Source of the DNA: Chiloscyllium plagiosum
Lineage: Eukaryota
Length of the DNA stretch: 64,000 nt
Assembly: GCF_004010195.1 (NCBI RefSeq)
Contig: NC_057717.1
Location: forward strand, 69,770,721-69,834,720
Direction of reading: 5' to 3'
Of this stretch, positions 26,172 through 38,265 are shown one piece after another. The notes beneath the pieces were generated by a model, which searched no databases, was not told where the DNA came from, and worked only from the letters and a program-made list of their open reading frames with translations. Each line of letters begins with the position of its first letter. Position 1 is the stretch's first letter. Position numbers and translations under genes: made by a program.

Positions 26172-26645
26172 TGTGTAACTGTCAAGCCCTTTCATTCATG
26201 TAGAATTAGCTAACTAAAGCCAAAGCGGCCATCTTCTCAACTTAGACTGCTACAATGTCCACAAGTTTCTAATTTTATTTGTTTCTGAAAGAAGAATGAA
26301 CAATGCTCCGTTTGCTGCACGGGGTACTCACAGTGATCAAGGGAATGGTTTCTCATTCATAGTTGAATGTGCCGTTGTTACTTTGAGCTCACAAGACATC
26401 CTGTTTGGTGGCTGCACACTGAAATATTACATTAAAATAGCGCAGTGCAGGACAGCCATCAGATGCGTCGAAGCAGAGGATCCTGAGAGGGAAAAATGGT
26501 GCACATCACTATACGTCTCCCAAACGGCCTCAATTACATGGAGATGGTGAATGCAACGGAGGAGAGGTTTGGAATTTATTGTCACATGCACAGACATCAA
26601 GGGAAAATACGGAACATTATAATCATGAATAGTGGTATGGAGATA

Positions 26646-26724
26646 TACTTGGCATGGGGATGGAACCCACAACTTTGGCATTATTAGCACCGCACGACCA
26701 TTGCGACCAGCTGATGCTCCGGTG
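26646..26724 (-). pseudogene. tRNA-Ile(AAT) pseudogene, copy A
   Basis: Minus strand GGTGCTAATAATGCCAAAGTTGTGGGTTCCATCCCC versus recalled vertebrate Ile-AAT GGTGCTAATAACGCCAAGGTCGCGGGTTCGATCCCC: 31/36 by hand. The anticodon is intact; the D-arm and acceptor stem are disrupted. Confidence 0.8.
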
Positions 26725-27895
26725 TCATAATGTATTTCCTCATGATGAGCACAGCCACGGCAACCAGGAAATTGTTGTTTTGAACACAAATCTTGCAATA
26801 GAGGAAAAACAATTCCTTCAGTTTCAGCTTTCATGGAAAAAAGGTGGTCCGTGTTCTAATTGCCCATATTCGAGTTAACTGGTTGATTTTCAATCCAAAT
26901 TCTCAACAAAGCCCAAAACAGACAAATTGCAGCACTATTCCACCAGCTCAGCTAATGTTTGTGTTAATGTGGCTAATCCTGTTAAGCAGCTCATCTTCAA
27001 CGTCATTCACCACTGGGCATGAAGATCACAGACATTTTGCCTCCCAATTGTACTCTGCTGAGGTACTTGTCACGAAGCTCATGCCAAATGGATTCGATTT
27101 GGAAGTTGTTACAGGAGTTGTTCCGGCTTGTACACTATTTTATTAGCAACAGATCCGAATTCAGTTGTGCTTTTTTGTGAAAAGATTCACGTTGCTTTTG
27201 ACTGCACTTATGAGCAAGTTTATCAAACCTTCCTGTAGCGATTGCGAAAGACAAATATGATGCAATGATTATTGCTGCAAACTGCAGTATAAGAATATTT
27301 ATGTCACATAACTGAAACACATCAACGTTGTTGCGAATTTTCCAGCCTCCATCAAACAGAAGCAAGATATTGGGGCATACGTTGTTAACACCAGGAGAGG
27401 CTCTTCTATTACTTTCAATGTCGATGTTTGAAGTGAGTCCAAGGAGTTCTACTGAGCAGTGGTGGGGAAAGTGGTGAAAGACATCTGGCAATAGCGTTTC
27501 AAAAATGTCACTTGAATGGAAAGCTTAACGAGACACTGCATGGCCTGCTTAGTTTCTCCAAAATATTGTATTTTTACAGTTTCTACTGAACCTCTTCTTT
27601 TTGTGATCATGGTGATCAAGCGTGTGCCTACCATTTCCTGCGCATATTGCTTCCAGTTTAGTGCCTGCACACTGGAAGACTGTTTCAAAATTGAGCAGCG
27701 CATCTGGTTGGCACAGATTCAAACTATACGATTTATATAGCAAAACGCAGTGCAGAACATAGAATGTGCCTCACCACATCTCAGTTGCACGGAGATAGTG
27801 AAGGCCAAAGGTGAGACAGCTGCACTGTCTCATCAAAAATGCATCTTCAAATGAAAGTATGGTACTTCTCATTCCTGCTTAGAAGCATGCAGACG

Positions 27896-27969
27896 TGACC
27901 AGTGTGTGGATTGGATCAATGACCTTGACGTTTTTCCCACCACGATCTTACCATCTGAGCTAATTGATC
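27896..27969 (-). pseudogene. tRNA-Ile(AAT)-derived pseudogene, copy B
   Basis: 74-nt ungapped alignment to the recalled 74-nt Ile-AAT gene: 53/74 by hand. The A-box TAGCTCAGATGG is retained; the B-box and anticodon loop are mutated. Confidence 0.8.
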
Positions 27970-28121
27970 ATGATGACCACTTTGTGTTTCAGTATCATAC
28001 CGACGTTTCCAATGATGAGCATAGCGCAGGAACCAGTCAACTGCTGAATTGAACACAGATATTGTGATAGATACAACTCATTCAGTTTCATCTTTCATTG
28101 ACAAGAAGCAGCCCGTATTAT

Positions 28122-29029
28122 AATCGCTCATTTTTGAGATAACTGTTTGACTTGCAATACAAAATTTCAACCAGGTCTAATGACATGCAATGCCACAAGC
28201 TCAGCTAATGTCTTTATCATTAATGCTTATCCTGTAACGCAGCGCATCTTCTACTCTCGAACATAATTACCGTTGAATCTTGCCACAGAACTGAATTCGA
28301 ACTTAGTCTCGAGTTTGTTTCAGCTTCTGAACTAAAAATCTCCTTTGCATTAACAACGCTTCTGAATATTTTCTGAAAAGATGCAAGTAGCTTATTCAAC
28401 ATTTCTTTTTCGACTGCATATATTGGTAAGTTATCAGGCCTTCCTATAGTTGTGGTCAAAGTCAGATGAGATGCAAAGATTACTGCTGCAGACTGAAGGT
28501 GAAAAATATTTATGTCGTTTAACTGAAACACATAGACATTAACGGGAATGTTCCAAACTGCATCAAGGAGCTGCAAATCGCTCATTTTTGAGATAACTGT
28601 TTGACTTGCAATACAAAATTTCAACCAGGTCTAATGACATGCAATGCCACAAGCTCAGCTAATGTCTTTATCATTAATGCTTATCCTGTAACGCAGCGCA
28701 TCTTCTACTCTCGAACATAATTACCGTTGAATCTTGCCACGAAACTGAATTCGAACTTGTTGTAGAGTTTGTTTCAGCTTCTGAACTAAAAATCTCCTTT
28801 GCATTAACAACGCTTCTGAATATAATCTGAAAAGATGCAAGTAGCTTATTCAACATTTCTTTTTTGACTGCATATATTGGTAAGTTATCAGGCCTTCCTG
28901 TTGTTGTGGTCAAAGTCAGATGAGATGCAAAGATTACTGCTGCAGATTGAAGGTGAAAAATATTTATGTCGTTTAACTGAAACACATAGACATTAACGGG
29001 AATGTTCCAACCCGCATCAAGGAGCTGCA
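28122..29029. repeat. Recent 454-bp tandem duplication (28122-28575 and 28576-29029)
   Basis: Near-identical adjacent copies with a few substitutions. Confidence 0.95.
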
Positions 29030-29794
29030 ATACACTAGGACATGCCTTGGTAAATTTTTGGCTACTTTCAATGGTGATGCATGAAGGCAATGGAGAGAGA
29101 TAAGTTCCACAGGCGACCGTGGGGAAGTTGGTCAATGAAGTCCGGCAATAGTATTTGAAAATGGTCACTTTAAATGAAAACTCAACCCTGCTTCTATTCT
29201 GAGACACTGTCAGTTCTGCTTAATTTCGCTTCAAATTTCACCCAATCAAACAAGATGGTGCCATCTATGTGAGACTCATTGTGAGCGCCCTACATCAGAT
29301 CTAATTCTGATAATTCTTATGACTGTTTTCTGCATTCAATCTTAAATTCTATAGCTGTAAATAATAATAATAATGTTCTTTTAAATCTGCTTTTAAGTTT
29401 GAGGATCTTACAGTCGTCCAGACCTGACTCATGTTGATGCAGGACTACGCACACACAGAACAGATTTTCCAGCTCCCGACAGGAACCACGAGGACACTCG
29501 TAAGCAACACCAGATCCCCGATGGCGTAGCAATTGGATCCTGATCTGGAACGGAATTAACTCCTCAACTACTCATCTCTATCGAGGCCCAAAAAACAGTG
29601 CATCCAATCTCGGACCAGCAGCAACATGATCCCGTGGATGCCCAAATAGCATACACCTGGTCGTTGATTCCAGACCACGAGATCGGAGAAAGTCTGGCCT
29701 GGCGAGGTCTAACTTACTTACCTGCAGGAGCGGAAGCATCGATCCATCAACAGCCACAACTGCCCAAGAATGAAAATTCCACAGCCAAGATGAC

Positions 29795-30131
29795 TGATAC
29801 AGGTGTACAAGATGATTAGGGGTTTAGATAGGCTTGATCATGAGAACCTTTTTCCACTTATGGAGTCAGCAATTACGAGGGGGCATAGCTTTAAATTAAG
29901 GGGTGGTAGGTATAGGACAGGGGTAGATTCTTTACTCAGCGAGTCGTGAGTTCATGGAATGCCCTGCCATTGGTGGACTCTCCCTCTTTATGGGCATTTA
30001 AAGGGGCATTGGATAGGCATATGGAGGATAGTGGGCTAGTGTAGGTTGGGTGGGCTTGGATCGGCGCAACATCAAGGGCCAAAGGGCCTGTACTGCGCTG
30101 TATTTTTCTATGTTCTATGTTCTATGTTCTA
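29795..30131 (+). mobile_element. Young CR1 3' end nested in Rex1
   Basis: Highly similar to 535-857, with a (TTCTATG)3 tail. Confidence 0.92.
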
Positions 30132-31661
30132 TAAAACTGTCCCCAGTAGCCTAGACCATCCTCGGCCTGAACTGTACAACACAGCCTCCTGCCCTGTGTT
30201 CAGTCCAACTAGACCCGACTCACCTAACTGCAGGGGCACCAGGTTGGCACCATTGACATCCAAAACTATGCAGATGTAGGAAAGGAAATGGAGAAAACCT
30301 TCTGGCTTGAACATGAGGCTGAAACAACCTGTTTTCAAGACTACTCTCCCAATCCTATTCCTAGCAAATGCTGAGACCATCCAAAACAAAATGGATGAAC
30401 TCAGATCTAGACTCACCTATGAGAGGGAACTGAAAGACATTGATGTGCTCTGCTTCAAAGAGACTTGGCTCACTCTTGCAATTTCCAACTGTACCCTACA
30501 AGCTGATGGGTTCTCCATACATCACATGGACCACACACCACGCTTAGATAAGTCGAAGAGCGGTGTGGTTTGCTTCCTGATCAACACTTCCTGGTGCTCA
30601 GACGTGGAGAACCTGGAAAGCTTTTGGATTGCGGCCTTGAAATATCTTACAGTAAAATCCTTACTATCTACCTTGAGGGTTCACCTCCATCATCCTGACA
30701 GCAGTCTACTTACCAGCCCGTGCGGCTGTAAAGGATGCCCCAAATGAAATTTACAGCGCCATAAATACTCTGGAGGCGAAATCTTTTAAAGTCCTGTTCA
30801 TTCTGGTTAACAACCTCAACCAAACCAATCTTGACAGGGTGCTGCCAAAAGACTACCAATATATCTCGTGCCCCACATGAGGACTGAACTCTCTGGATCG
30901 TTGCCGCACAACCATCAAAATTACCTATCACTTCATTCCTCTATCCACACTTGGAAAAATCAGATCACAGCATTGTGTTACCACTCCCAGCTTGCAAGCC
31001 GATGCCGACACAGGAGGCTCATTCACAAAAATAATTGCCATGCTGGACCGAGTCTGTTAGAGACGGTCTCCAGGACTGTTTGAAATCAATGAACTCGACT
31101 GTGTTAATGTAATCAGTAGAAAAGGTAGACGTGAACACCACCACCATCACAAACTTCGTTAGCAAATGCGTGGTGCACTGTTTACCATATACGTCGATCC
31201 AAGTGTTCCTCAATTGGATGAACCTGGAAATTCACTCCCTACTGAAGACCAGACGTGCAGCAATCAAATTGGATGAAACAGATCTGTAATGGAAATACAG
31301 GTATGAACTCTGCAAAGCAATCAGGGATGCCAAGTTAGAGGTCCAAACCAATCCCACAGCCTGCCTCCTCCAGTGGCAAGGCATAAACAACATAAATGGA
31401 TGCAAAATAAAGCATATCATGACAGCAGACAAACAGATATCCCTCCCTTGTGCATTCAATATGTTCTATGCTCCTTTTGAGCAGTGTGCCAGTGGCTGCA
31501 GATGTCAGATCGGTTTTCCTGGGAGTCACCCAAAGGAAAGCGACTGACCCGGACAGAGATCCCGAATGACCACATAGATTCTGTGCAGACCAGCTGGTGG
31601 AGGCATTCACTAACATCTTCCAACACTTCTTTCCACATGCCAAAGTCTCCACTTGCTTCAA

Positions 31662-32555
31662 GAACATAGAACATAGAAATTTACAGCGCAGTACAGGCCC
31701 TTCAGCCCTCGATGCTGCACCGACCTATGACATTAATCTGATGCCCATCTAAACTGCATCATTACATTATTATCCTTACGTATGTCCAATGCCCATTTAA
31801 ATGCCCTTAACGTCAGTAGGTCTACTACATTGCAAGCAGGCTATTTCACATCTCTCTGATTAAACAAACTACCCCTAATATCTGTCCTAAATCTATCACC
31901 CCTCAATTTAAAGCTATGTCCCCTGCTGCTAGTCATCACCATCTAAGAGAAACGTCTCTCAGTGTCTACTCTATCTAAACCTCTGGTTATCTTATTCGTC
32001 TCAACGAAGTCACCTCTCAACCTCCTCTCCAACTAAAATAGCCACAGTTCCCTCAGCTTTTCCTTGTAAGACCTTCTTCAGGAATGCCCAAAACTTCGAT
32101 TCTCCTGCTCCTTGGATGCTGCCTGACCTGCTGCGCTTTTCCAGCAACACATTTTTCAGCTCTGATCTCCAGCATCTGCAGTCCTCACTTTCTCCTTCTT
32201 TTATACCAGACAACATCCAAGAGAATCTCCTCTGAACCCTTTCCAAAGCTTCCATATCCTTGCTGTAATGCGGTGACCAGAACTGTATGCAATACTCCAG
32301 GTGCGACCTTGCCAGTGTCTTGTACAACTGAAGCAAGGCCTTGTGGCTCCCAGACGTAATCCTCCTACCAATAAACTCCAACGCACCATATGCCATCTTA
32401 ACAACCTTACCAAACTGTGTGCCATTTTTAAAGGAATTTAAGCAGCTGGACACTAATATATCTCTTTTCATTTATCGCCAAGAATTTTACCACTAACCCA
32501 GTGCTCTGAATTCCTGTTACTTCTTCCGAAATGAACTACTTCACACTTTTCCATT
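31662..32555 (-). mobile_element. CR1 3' fragment nested in Rex1, itself carrying a PLE terminus at about 32072-32196
   Basis: LLQLYKTLARSHLEYCIQFWSPHYSKD and an (AGAACAT)n tail. Confidence 0.88.
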
Positions 32556-33939
32556 TGCCATAATCAGAAGGCCATAATCATCCCAGCACGGACAAAACTG
32601 AACATATTGTGCCTTATATGTATACCGTCAAGTGATTCTGACCTCAATGAATTGCTTCAATAGGCTGGCGATGGCCTACTTCAATTCTAGCCTCCTAGCC
32701 TTCATCGACCCCATACAATTTGCCAACCAAAGTAATGGGTGCCATCAGTGGATGCCATATCCCGAGCACTCATTCCTGGAACATCTGGATAACAAAGATA
32801 TATGTGTCAGACTCCCGTTCATCGACTGCAGCTCCACTTTCAATGCTATGATTGCCTTTAGACTAATCTAAAAACTCCGAGATCTTGGTCTCAGCTCTGA
32901 CCTCTGCAATTGGATCCCCAACTTCCCGACCGCAATCTGTGAATACAGGCAACTACTCCTCCACCATAATAACACTTAACACTGGTTACTCCCAAGTATG
33001 CTCCTCAGACCCTACACTACTGACCCACGACAGTGTTGACAAATTCCAAACCAACACCATCTGCCAGTTTGCTGATGACATCATCGTAGCAGGTTGGATA
33101 TCGAACAATGACTGGTTACAATACAGAAAGTAGATAGAGGGCTTGGGAATTGGGGAATTGTGAACAACCTCTGTGTCAACGTCAACAAAACTAAAGAACT
33201 AACCATTGACGACAGAAAGAAGGGAGGAAAACACGCCACCATTTCCTTCAATGGAACTGAGGCTGAGAAGGTGGAGAGCAGAAAGTTGCTCGTAGTGATG
33301 ATAACTGATGACCTGAACTGGACTTTTCATGTAGATGCTATGGTCACGAAGGAGCAACAACTTATCATCTTCCTCAGTAAGTCAGGAAATTTGGTATGTC
33401 CATACAGAAACACATAAACTTTTACAGATGCATCATTGAAATGGTTCTGCCCCGGTTCATAACGTTCAAGTATGCAAACGGCTTTGCCCAAGACCGTAGG
33501 AAACTAGAGAATGTGGGTGTGCCAAGCGCATGGAAGGCAACCTCCCATTTATGGATAACATTTTCACAGCTTGTGACAGTGGAAAAACTGACAACATCAT
33601 CAAAGACCCATCACACACTGGTAATGCTCTCCAACAACCCCTTCAGTCAGAGAGAAGATACAGAAGCTTGAATACATGCATTAGCAGGTTCAGCATCCGT
33701 TTTTTTCCAGGTTGTTTTTAAACTGAAGAATGGAGTCTGTTACTACAATTAATGCTGATCTTGGTGTTTTGATTTTGCTCAGTCCACGCCCTGTGTGACA
33801 TAACATGTCTACCTCTGCCTAAGTTTCCTTTCCATTCGATGTGTTCTTGTTGACTTTGTTGTGCTGTACTGCTTAAAAGCAAATATTTCCATGGTACTTG
33901 GTGCATGTACATGTGAAAATAAATACCGCAAATCAAAAA

Positions 33940-35230
33940 TGACAAAACCCAATGGACCCAGCATCGATCCTTGCAGTAAACTGCTGATCACAGATTGGAA
34001 TTGTTCGTTCAGTCATCAAAATCAGCCTCTATGGATTCTAACTATCTACACTGGAAAAAGAAAACATCCCCATGATCCTGCTTTCTGCATTCAAACTAGT
34101 TTTATAATCACATAGTTATTAATATAATGTTCCTGGAATCAATGTGATCTCATCTTGCTAACCAGTCTACCGTGTGGAATCTTTTCAATTGTCTTTCTGA
34201 AGTCCATGCTCATAATGTTCACTGCTTTGCCTTCGTCAATCCATTTAGTCACTTCTTCAAAAATCAATCAATTTAATGAGGCACGGTTTTCCACGTATAC
34301 AGACATGTTGACTATTCCTAATTAGTTCTCGCGATTCCAAATGTAAGTCCTGTCCCTTAGAGTCCCCTCCAACAATTTACGCATCACTGACGTCAGCCTC
34401 ACCGGTTTATGGTTCCCTGGCTTTTCCATGCCATTTTCTTAAAGAATAACACCACATTAGCCACCCCTCGTCTTTTAGCATCTCCCCTGTAACTACTCAT
34501 CACACAAACATCTCAGCAAGTGACCGAGCAATCACTTTAGTAGCTTCCTACAACGTCTGGGATACATATTGTCAGATCTCAGGAATTTCATAATTTTGAG
34601 AATTTTGACAAGTCCAGCAAACTCTCCTCTGTAAAATAACACGTATCAAGATATAAGTATTTATGTCTTCAAGTGTTACGGCTTCTCTTTCCTTCTCCAT
34701 AGTAAATACTGATGCAAAATGTTCATTAAGAATCTTCCTTCTCTCCTGCGATTCCACACACAGGCGTCCTTGCTGATCTTTACTGGGCTCTAATTTCTCC
34801 ACCACTCTGGTTACTCTTTTGCCCTGAATGTATTTGAAGAATCCCTTTGAATTCACCTACTTGCCAAAGCTCTCTCATGTCCAAGTTTGGCCCTTCTGAT
34901 TTCCCTCTTGAATATTATCCTACTGCCTTTAAACGCATCAACATATTAATTCGGTCCTTGGTACCTATACATATTGTATACATTCTTATTTTTCTTGATC
35001 GGGGCCTCAATTTCACTTGATATCCAGAAACCTCTACACTTTCCAGCCATACCCTTCTTATAATCAGGACATTCATAATCACTTCTGAAGGACTCCCTTT
35101 GTTCTTTACCTGCAAATAGCCTATCCCAATTAGTTTCTCAAGTATTTGCCTAAAACGCTCAAAACTATCCTTAGTCAATTTAGTACTGTAACATTTATAT
35201 CAGGTCTGTTCTTCTGCTTAAGTATTTTAA
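33940..35230 (-). mobile_element. Old CR1 ORF2 fragment, part of the duplicated cassette
   Basis: NSKGFFKYIQGKRVTR..ILNEHFASVFT; parallels 59280-60590. Confidence 0.8.
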
Positions 35231-35244
35231 AACTATTATCTATT

Positions 35245-35430
35245 GTTTCACAGGTATGAGAAACTGAGTGATCTCCTCCTGTCCTTCTGTAATGCACCTG
35301 AGAGGCTGAATGGCTTCTTCCTTATCCTGTGTAAGAGACTCGAAACGCTGAATGACTGTCTGCAATTCTTCTAACAGACCCCAAAGGCTGAATGACCTCC
35401 TTCTATCCCTCTGTAATGTACTCAAAGAAT
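35245..35430. repeat. About 42-bp satellite (TAACAGGCTCGAGAGGCTGAATGGCCTCCTCCTGTTCC..)
   Basis: Recurrent GGCTGAATG units; same family as 40245-41030 and 60611-61020. Confidence 0.8.
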
Positions 35431-35989
35431 TAGATGACACAGAGTTATGAGCAGCCATTAAATTGCAAGTGATGGACGACGTCCACTTCTCAGTTACAGA
35501 AATACAAACAACACAAGGTACTCCAAAGGAAAGTGAGGACTGGAACTGCTGGAGTTCAGAGTCGAAGAATTTGGTACTGGCAAAACACAGTGGTTCTTAG
35601 ATGCTCCCTGAACTCCTGTGTTTTTCCAGCGCCACACGTTTTGACAATGTGCTGCAGGTGTCCTCACAGTAACATGACATACATCTGCAGTGACCTTTCT
35701 CTATGCATTGAAATTGTGCCAACATTTCAGCTTTCTACCTCTTCAAGTGGTAATAGGCTCGAGTAGACTGAATAGCCTCCTTCTATCCCTCTGTGACTGC
35801 TACATGGGGACAGAATTCATTCCCCCGTTACTGATCAGCAGTTTCAATGTTCTGAATAATGTATTGACGTAATGAAGTGATTTGATAACAAGGCATTTCA
35901 AACTAGGAACAGCATAACACAAAGTCCGAGAGCAATAATTATTGTTGCCCTGGTTTATGGTCTCTAGAAACTTTCCCATCAGTCATGTT

Positions 35990-36035
35990 GTGCAGCTGGT
36001 CTGTTGTTTTATGTATGTCTCCTACTATAAAAAGT
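35990..36035 (+). promoter_or_regulatory. Candidate promoter: E-box CAGCTG (35993-35998) and TATAAAAA (36026-36033)
   Basis: Both motifs are retained at equal spacing in the paralog (61448-61453 and 61481-61486), about 390 bp upstream of the ATG. Function is not demonstrated. Confidence 0.4.
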
Positions 36036-36412
36036 GTGGGAAATATATCACCCTGCAGTGTTCTGTCACTACTCCCACACACAAGGCAGAATGCTGAAGA
36101 ATATTGAAAGGCTTATTGTTCATGCACCAATAAACCTCATAATTCCATCCAGACCTTCTATTGTGATATGATAAGTGTGGGAAGGAAGGCGCTTACTGAA
36201 CTTGTTTGTTCAGTGACTGTAATCAACGTCAATCTCGATGGATTCTACCTATCCCAGAGGAAGGTTTCCATTCTTTAATGCAAAATGCACTCTGTTGTAT
36301 GAGCCCACAAAATGAGAGATCCTCACCTACTGAACTAACAGAGATCAACAGCTACAAAGGGAGGAGGAGCAGTTATCAGAATCTGAGAGCATTCATTTGG
36401 AATGTCCCAACA

Positions 36413-36581
36413 ATGGCTCAGAATCTGAGAACTTTAGACTGTCATGTTACAACAATGGACAGGAGTTTGTCTGAAAATATTTGGTTTCTTTCTACATCTT
36501 CTGTTTGGTTGTGGATTTATGATGCACTTTCCATTACGCAATATTTTTATTATCCTTTCCTGGCTATCATTGGTATCCCTG
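36413..36581 (+). CDS. First coding exon of a GPR139/GPR142-like class A GPCR (N-terminus and start of TM1); partial gene
   Basis: MAQNLRTLDCHVTTMDRSLSENIWFLSTSSVWLWIYDALSITQYFYYPFLAIIGIP ends at CCT G|GTAAGT. The YYP.LA.IG.P motif and the phase-1 intron after TM1 'GxP' match the GPR139 family structure as I recall it. There is an alternative ATG at 36455. Confidence 0.75.
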
Positions 36582-36913
36582 GTAAGTCTCACTGTCCATT
36601 TATTATTTCTGTAAACTGCTTTTAAATGTATTATTTCTCTTGTCATTTACTCTACACTCTTTGAAGCTGTTATTGTTCCTGCTGGTCATCTGAATGCAGA
36701 TATTCACGCTACAAACCAATGCATCAGTGAACCTTTTCATTCACCCTCCATCTTTGTTTGCTTCTGAAGTTGTCCCTCACGCATCTCGATGTTGCCCTAC
36801 CTAGTTTCAGTGGTGAACCACAATTAGTTGTATCCATGGACTTATTATCTAAATATTGGACAAAGTTAAAATCGATCTTTGAGAAGATTTGTACTTTAGG
36901 TTGAGGTTCTGGA

Positions 36914-37089
36914 TGTAGGTTTGCCCGCTGAGCTGGAAGTTTCGTTTTCAGACATTTCGTCACCATACTAGGTAACATCTTCAGTGAGCCTCCGAATGAA
37001 GCTTCATTCAGAGGCTCACTGAAAATGTTACCAGGTATGGTCACAAAATGTCTGAAACCGAACCATCCAGCTCAGCGAGCAAACCTACA
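36914..37089. repeat. 176-bp imperfect spacerless palindrome (88-bp arms) made of a PLE terminus
   Basis: Centre AAG|CTT at 37001/37002, with roughly ten mismatches between arms. Confidence 0.92.
36951..36984 (-). ncRNA. Hammerhead ribozyme motif (second PLE family)
   Basis: Minus strand reads CTGAAGA-t-GTTACC-tagtat-GGTGAC-GAAA-TGTC, flanked by TCA/TGA (short stem I). Confidence 0.65.
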
Positions 37090-37879
37090 ACGAAAGTTAA
37101 AAATCAAACAACACCAAATTATAGTCCAATAAGCCTATTTGGAAGTGTGAGCTTGGGAGCATGGAGGTTGCTCTCTTCTGTTCTGGCCATGAACTCCATT
37201 TCCTTCCTCTGATTTCATATCATCTCTGCTCAATATCTGTGCTTGAAACAGATCAATCACAGTTGTAGCAATCCCGTCGGCCATGAGCTGATTCCTGAAA
37301 CCATGCCCTGATCATTTCTATTTTTAAATGTTAACAAATCCAGAATATACTTCATTGGTTCATCCCATATGCTATGTGAACCTTGAGCTATGAGGCGCAG
37401 TTTAATGATGTCAATAAACACCTGCTGGAACTCCCAACTTCATGCTGGCAGAAGCAAATCTTAGTCGATACTCCACGGCTATTCATTATTCCTGGGCACT
37501 GATCTGTATTGGTTTCGAGTCTGAAAATGCCCTTAATTTAAAATTCTTTAATTGGTCGTCTCAGCTGTATATGAAATGTCCTTCAGTCTCTGTCTCTGAA
37601 ATTCCCAAACTGTTGCTATTGTTCATATTGAAACTGATTGCCTGTATAGTTGTTCTCTCTCAAATAATAATTATCACTTGTACACTCCATACGTCTTCCG
37701 CCACCCCCGCCTCCCCCAACACACAGAAACACACACGCGCATAAACCCACCACAGACACAAAAAAATTCGCACTTATCTGTTTCCTTTGTGATATAGAGG
37801 CGTAAGTTTATGGGATTCCCATTAACGATTATTCACAACATTAGGCTGACCTTAAGTTCCCTTGGATCCATCCAGAACG

Positions 37880-38265
37880 TAAGTTGACCTGGGCCATCCG
37901 AGACACCAGCCTCCCCTTTCTGGACCTCTCCATCTCTCCAGTGTCCAACTCAACGAGGACATTTACTTCAACCCACCGATTCCCCACACCATTCCTGGGC
38001 GCACCATCCCCATAAAAGCGTTATTCATTTCGCCTATTCCTCTACGTCTGCCTTATCTAATCAGAAGGAACACAATATTCCCAGCCACATGATCAACATT
38101 ATCCTCCCGTACATCTCCTCCACTTCCCACACCTCCGCCCTTGAATCCCAAACCCTCCAACCACAATGAAGATAACCAGCCCCGCTCCCGGTCCTCACCC
38201 TCCACCTCAATAGTCTCCAGACACAGAGCATTATCCTCTGTCATTTACACCACCTACAATCAGAC
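37880..38265 (+). mobile_element. Decayed PLE RT fragment
   Basis: CTCCCCTTTCTGGACCTCTCCATC (LPFLDLSI) and GTCCTCACCCTCCACC. Confidence 0.7.

Larger units (their letters stand above)
26330..29250. repeat. Old tandem duplication with about 1.25 kb period (two diverged units), each carrying a tRNA-Ile pseudogene
   Basis: Collinear matches at 26400/27653, 26530/27780, 26745/28015, 26945/28198, 27200/28410 and 27465/29120. Confidence 0.85.
29290..33935 (+). mobile_element. Rex1/Babar-type LINE, nearly full length, decayed, with two nested CR1 insertions
   Basis: Endonuclease N-terminus PILFLANAETIQNKMDELRSRLTYERELKDIDVLCFKETWL; RT motifs LEHLDNKDICVRLPFIDCSSTFNAMI, FADDIIVAGWISNND and NVNKTKELTID; 3' end AATAAA..AAATCAAAAAT. 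Confidence 0.85.

Noticed and set aside
26490-26900. Reelin-like words (HITIRLP, FLQFQLSW) on the + strand
   Set aside because: They are short, in different frames and lack splice signals. The region overlaps the tRNA pseudogene, and the paralogous unit does not keep them.
27135-29207. Similar minus-strand ORFs (…GWKIRNNVDVFQLCDINI… and …GWNIPVNVYVFQLNDINI…) that look like a repeated novel protein domain or viral insert
   Set aside because: They lie in the duplicated tRNA spacer, so DNA similarity explains the match. Adjacent homologous parts have stops in the frames I translated. The third-position excess is modest (about 14:9:20 by hand count). A formal dN/dS test or BLASTX would settle it.
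36206-36412. 5' extension of the GPCR ORF as given in the ORF track
   Set aside because: It begins at a non-ATG codon, and the frame is not evidently preserved in the paralog. An in-frame ATG near 36278 cannot be excluded, but the family-like sequence starts at 36413 or 36455.
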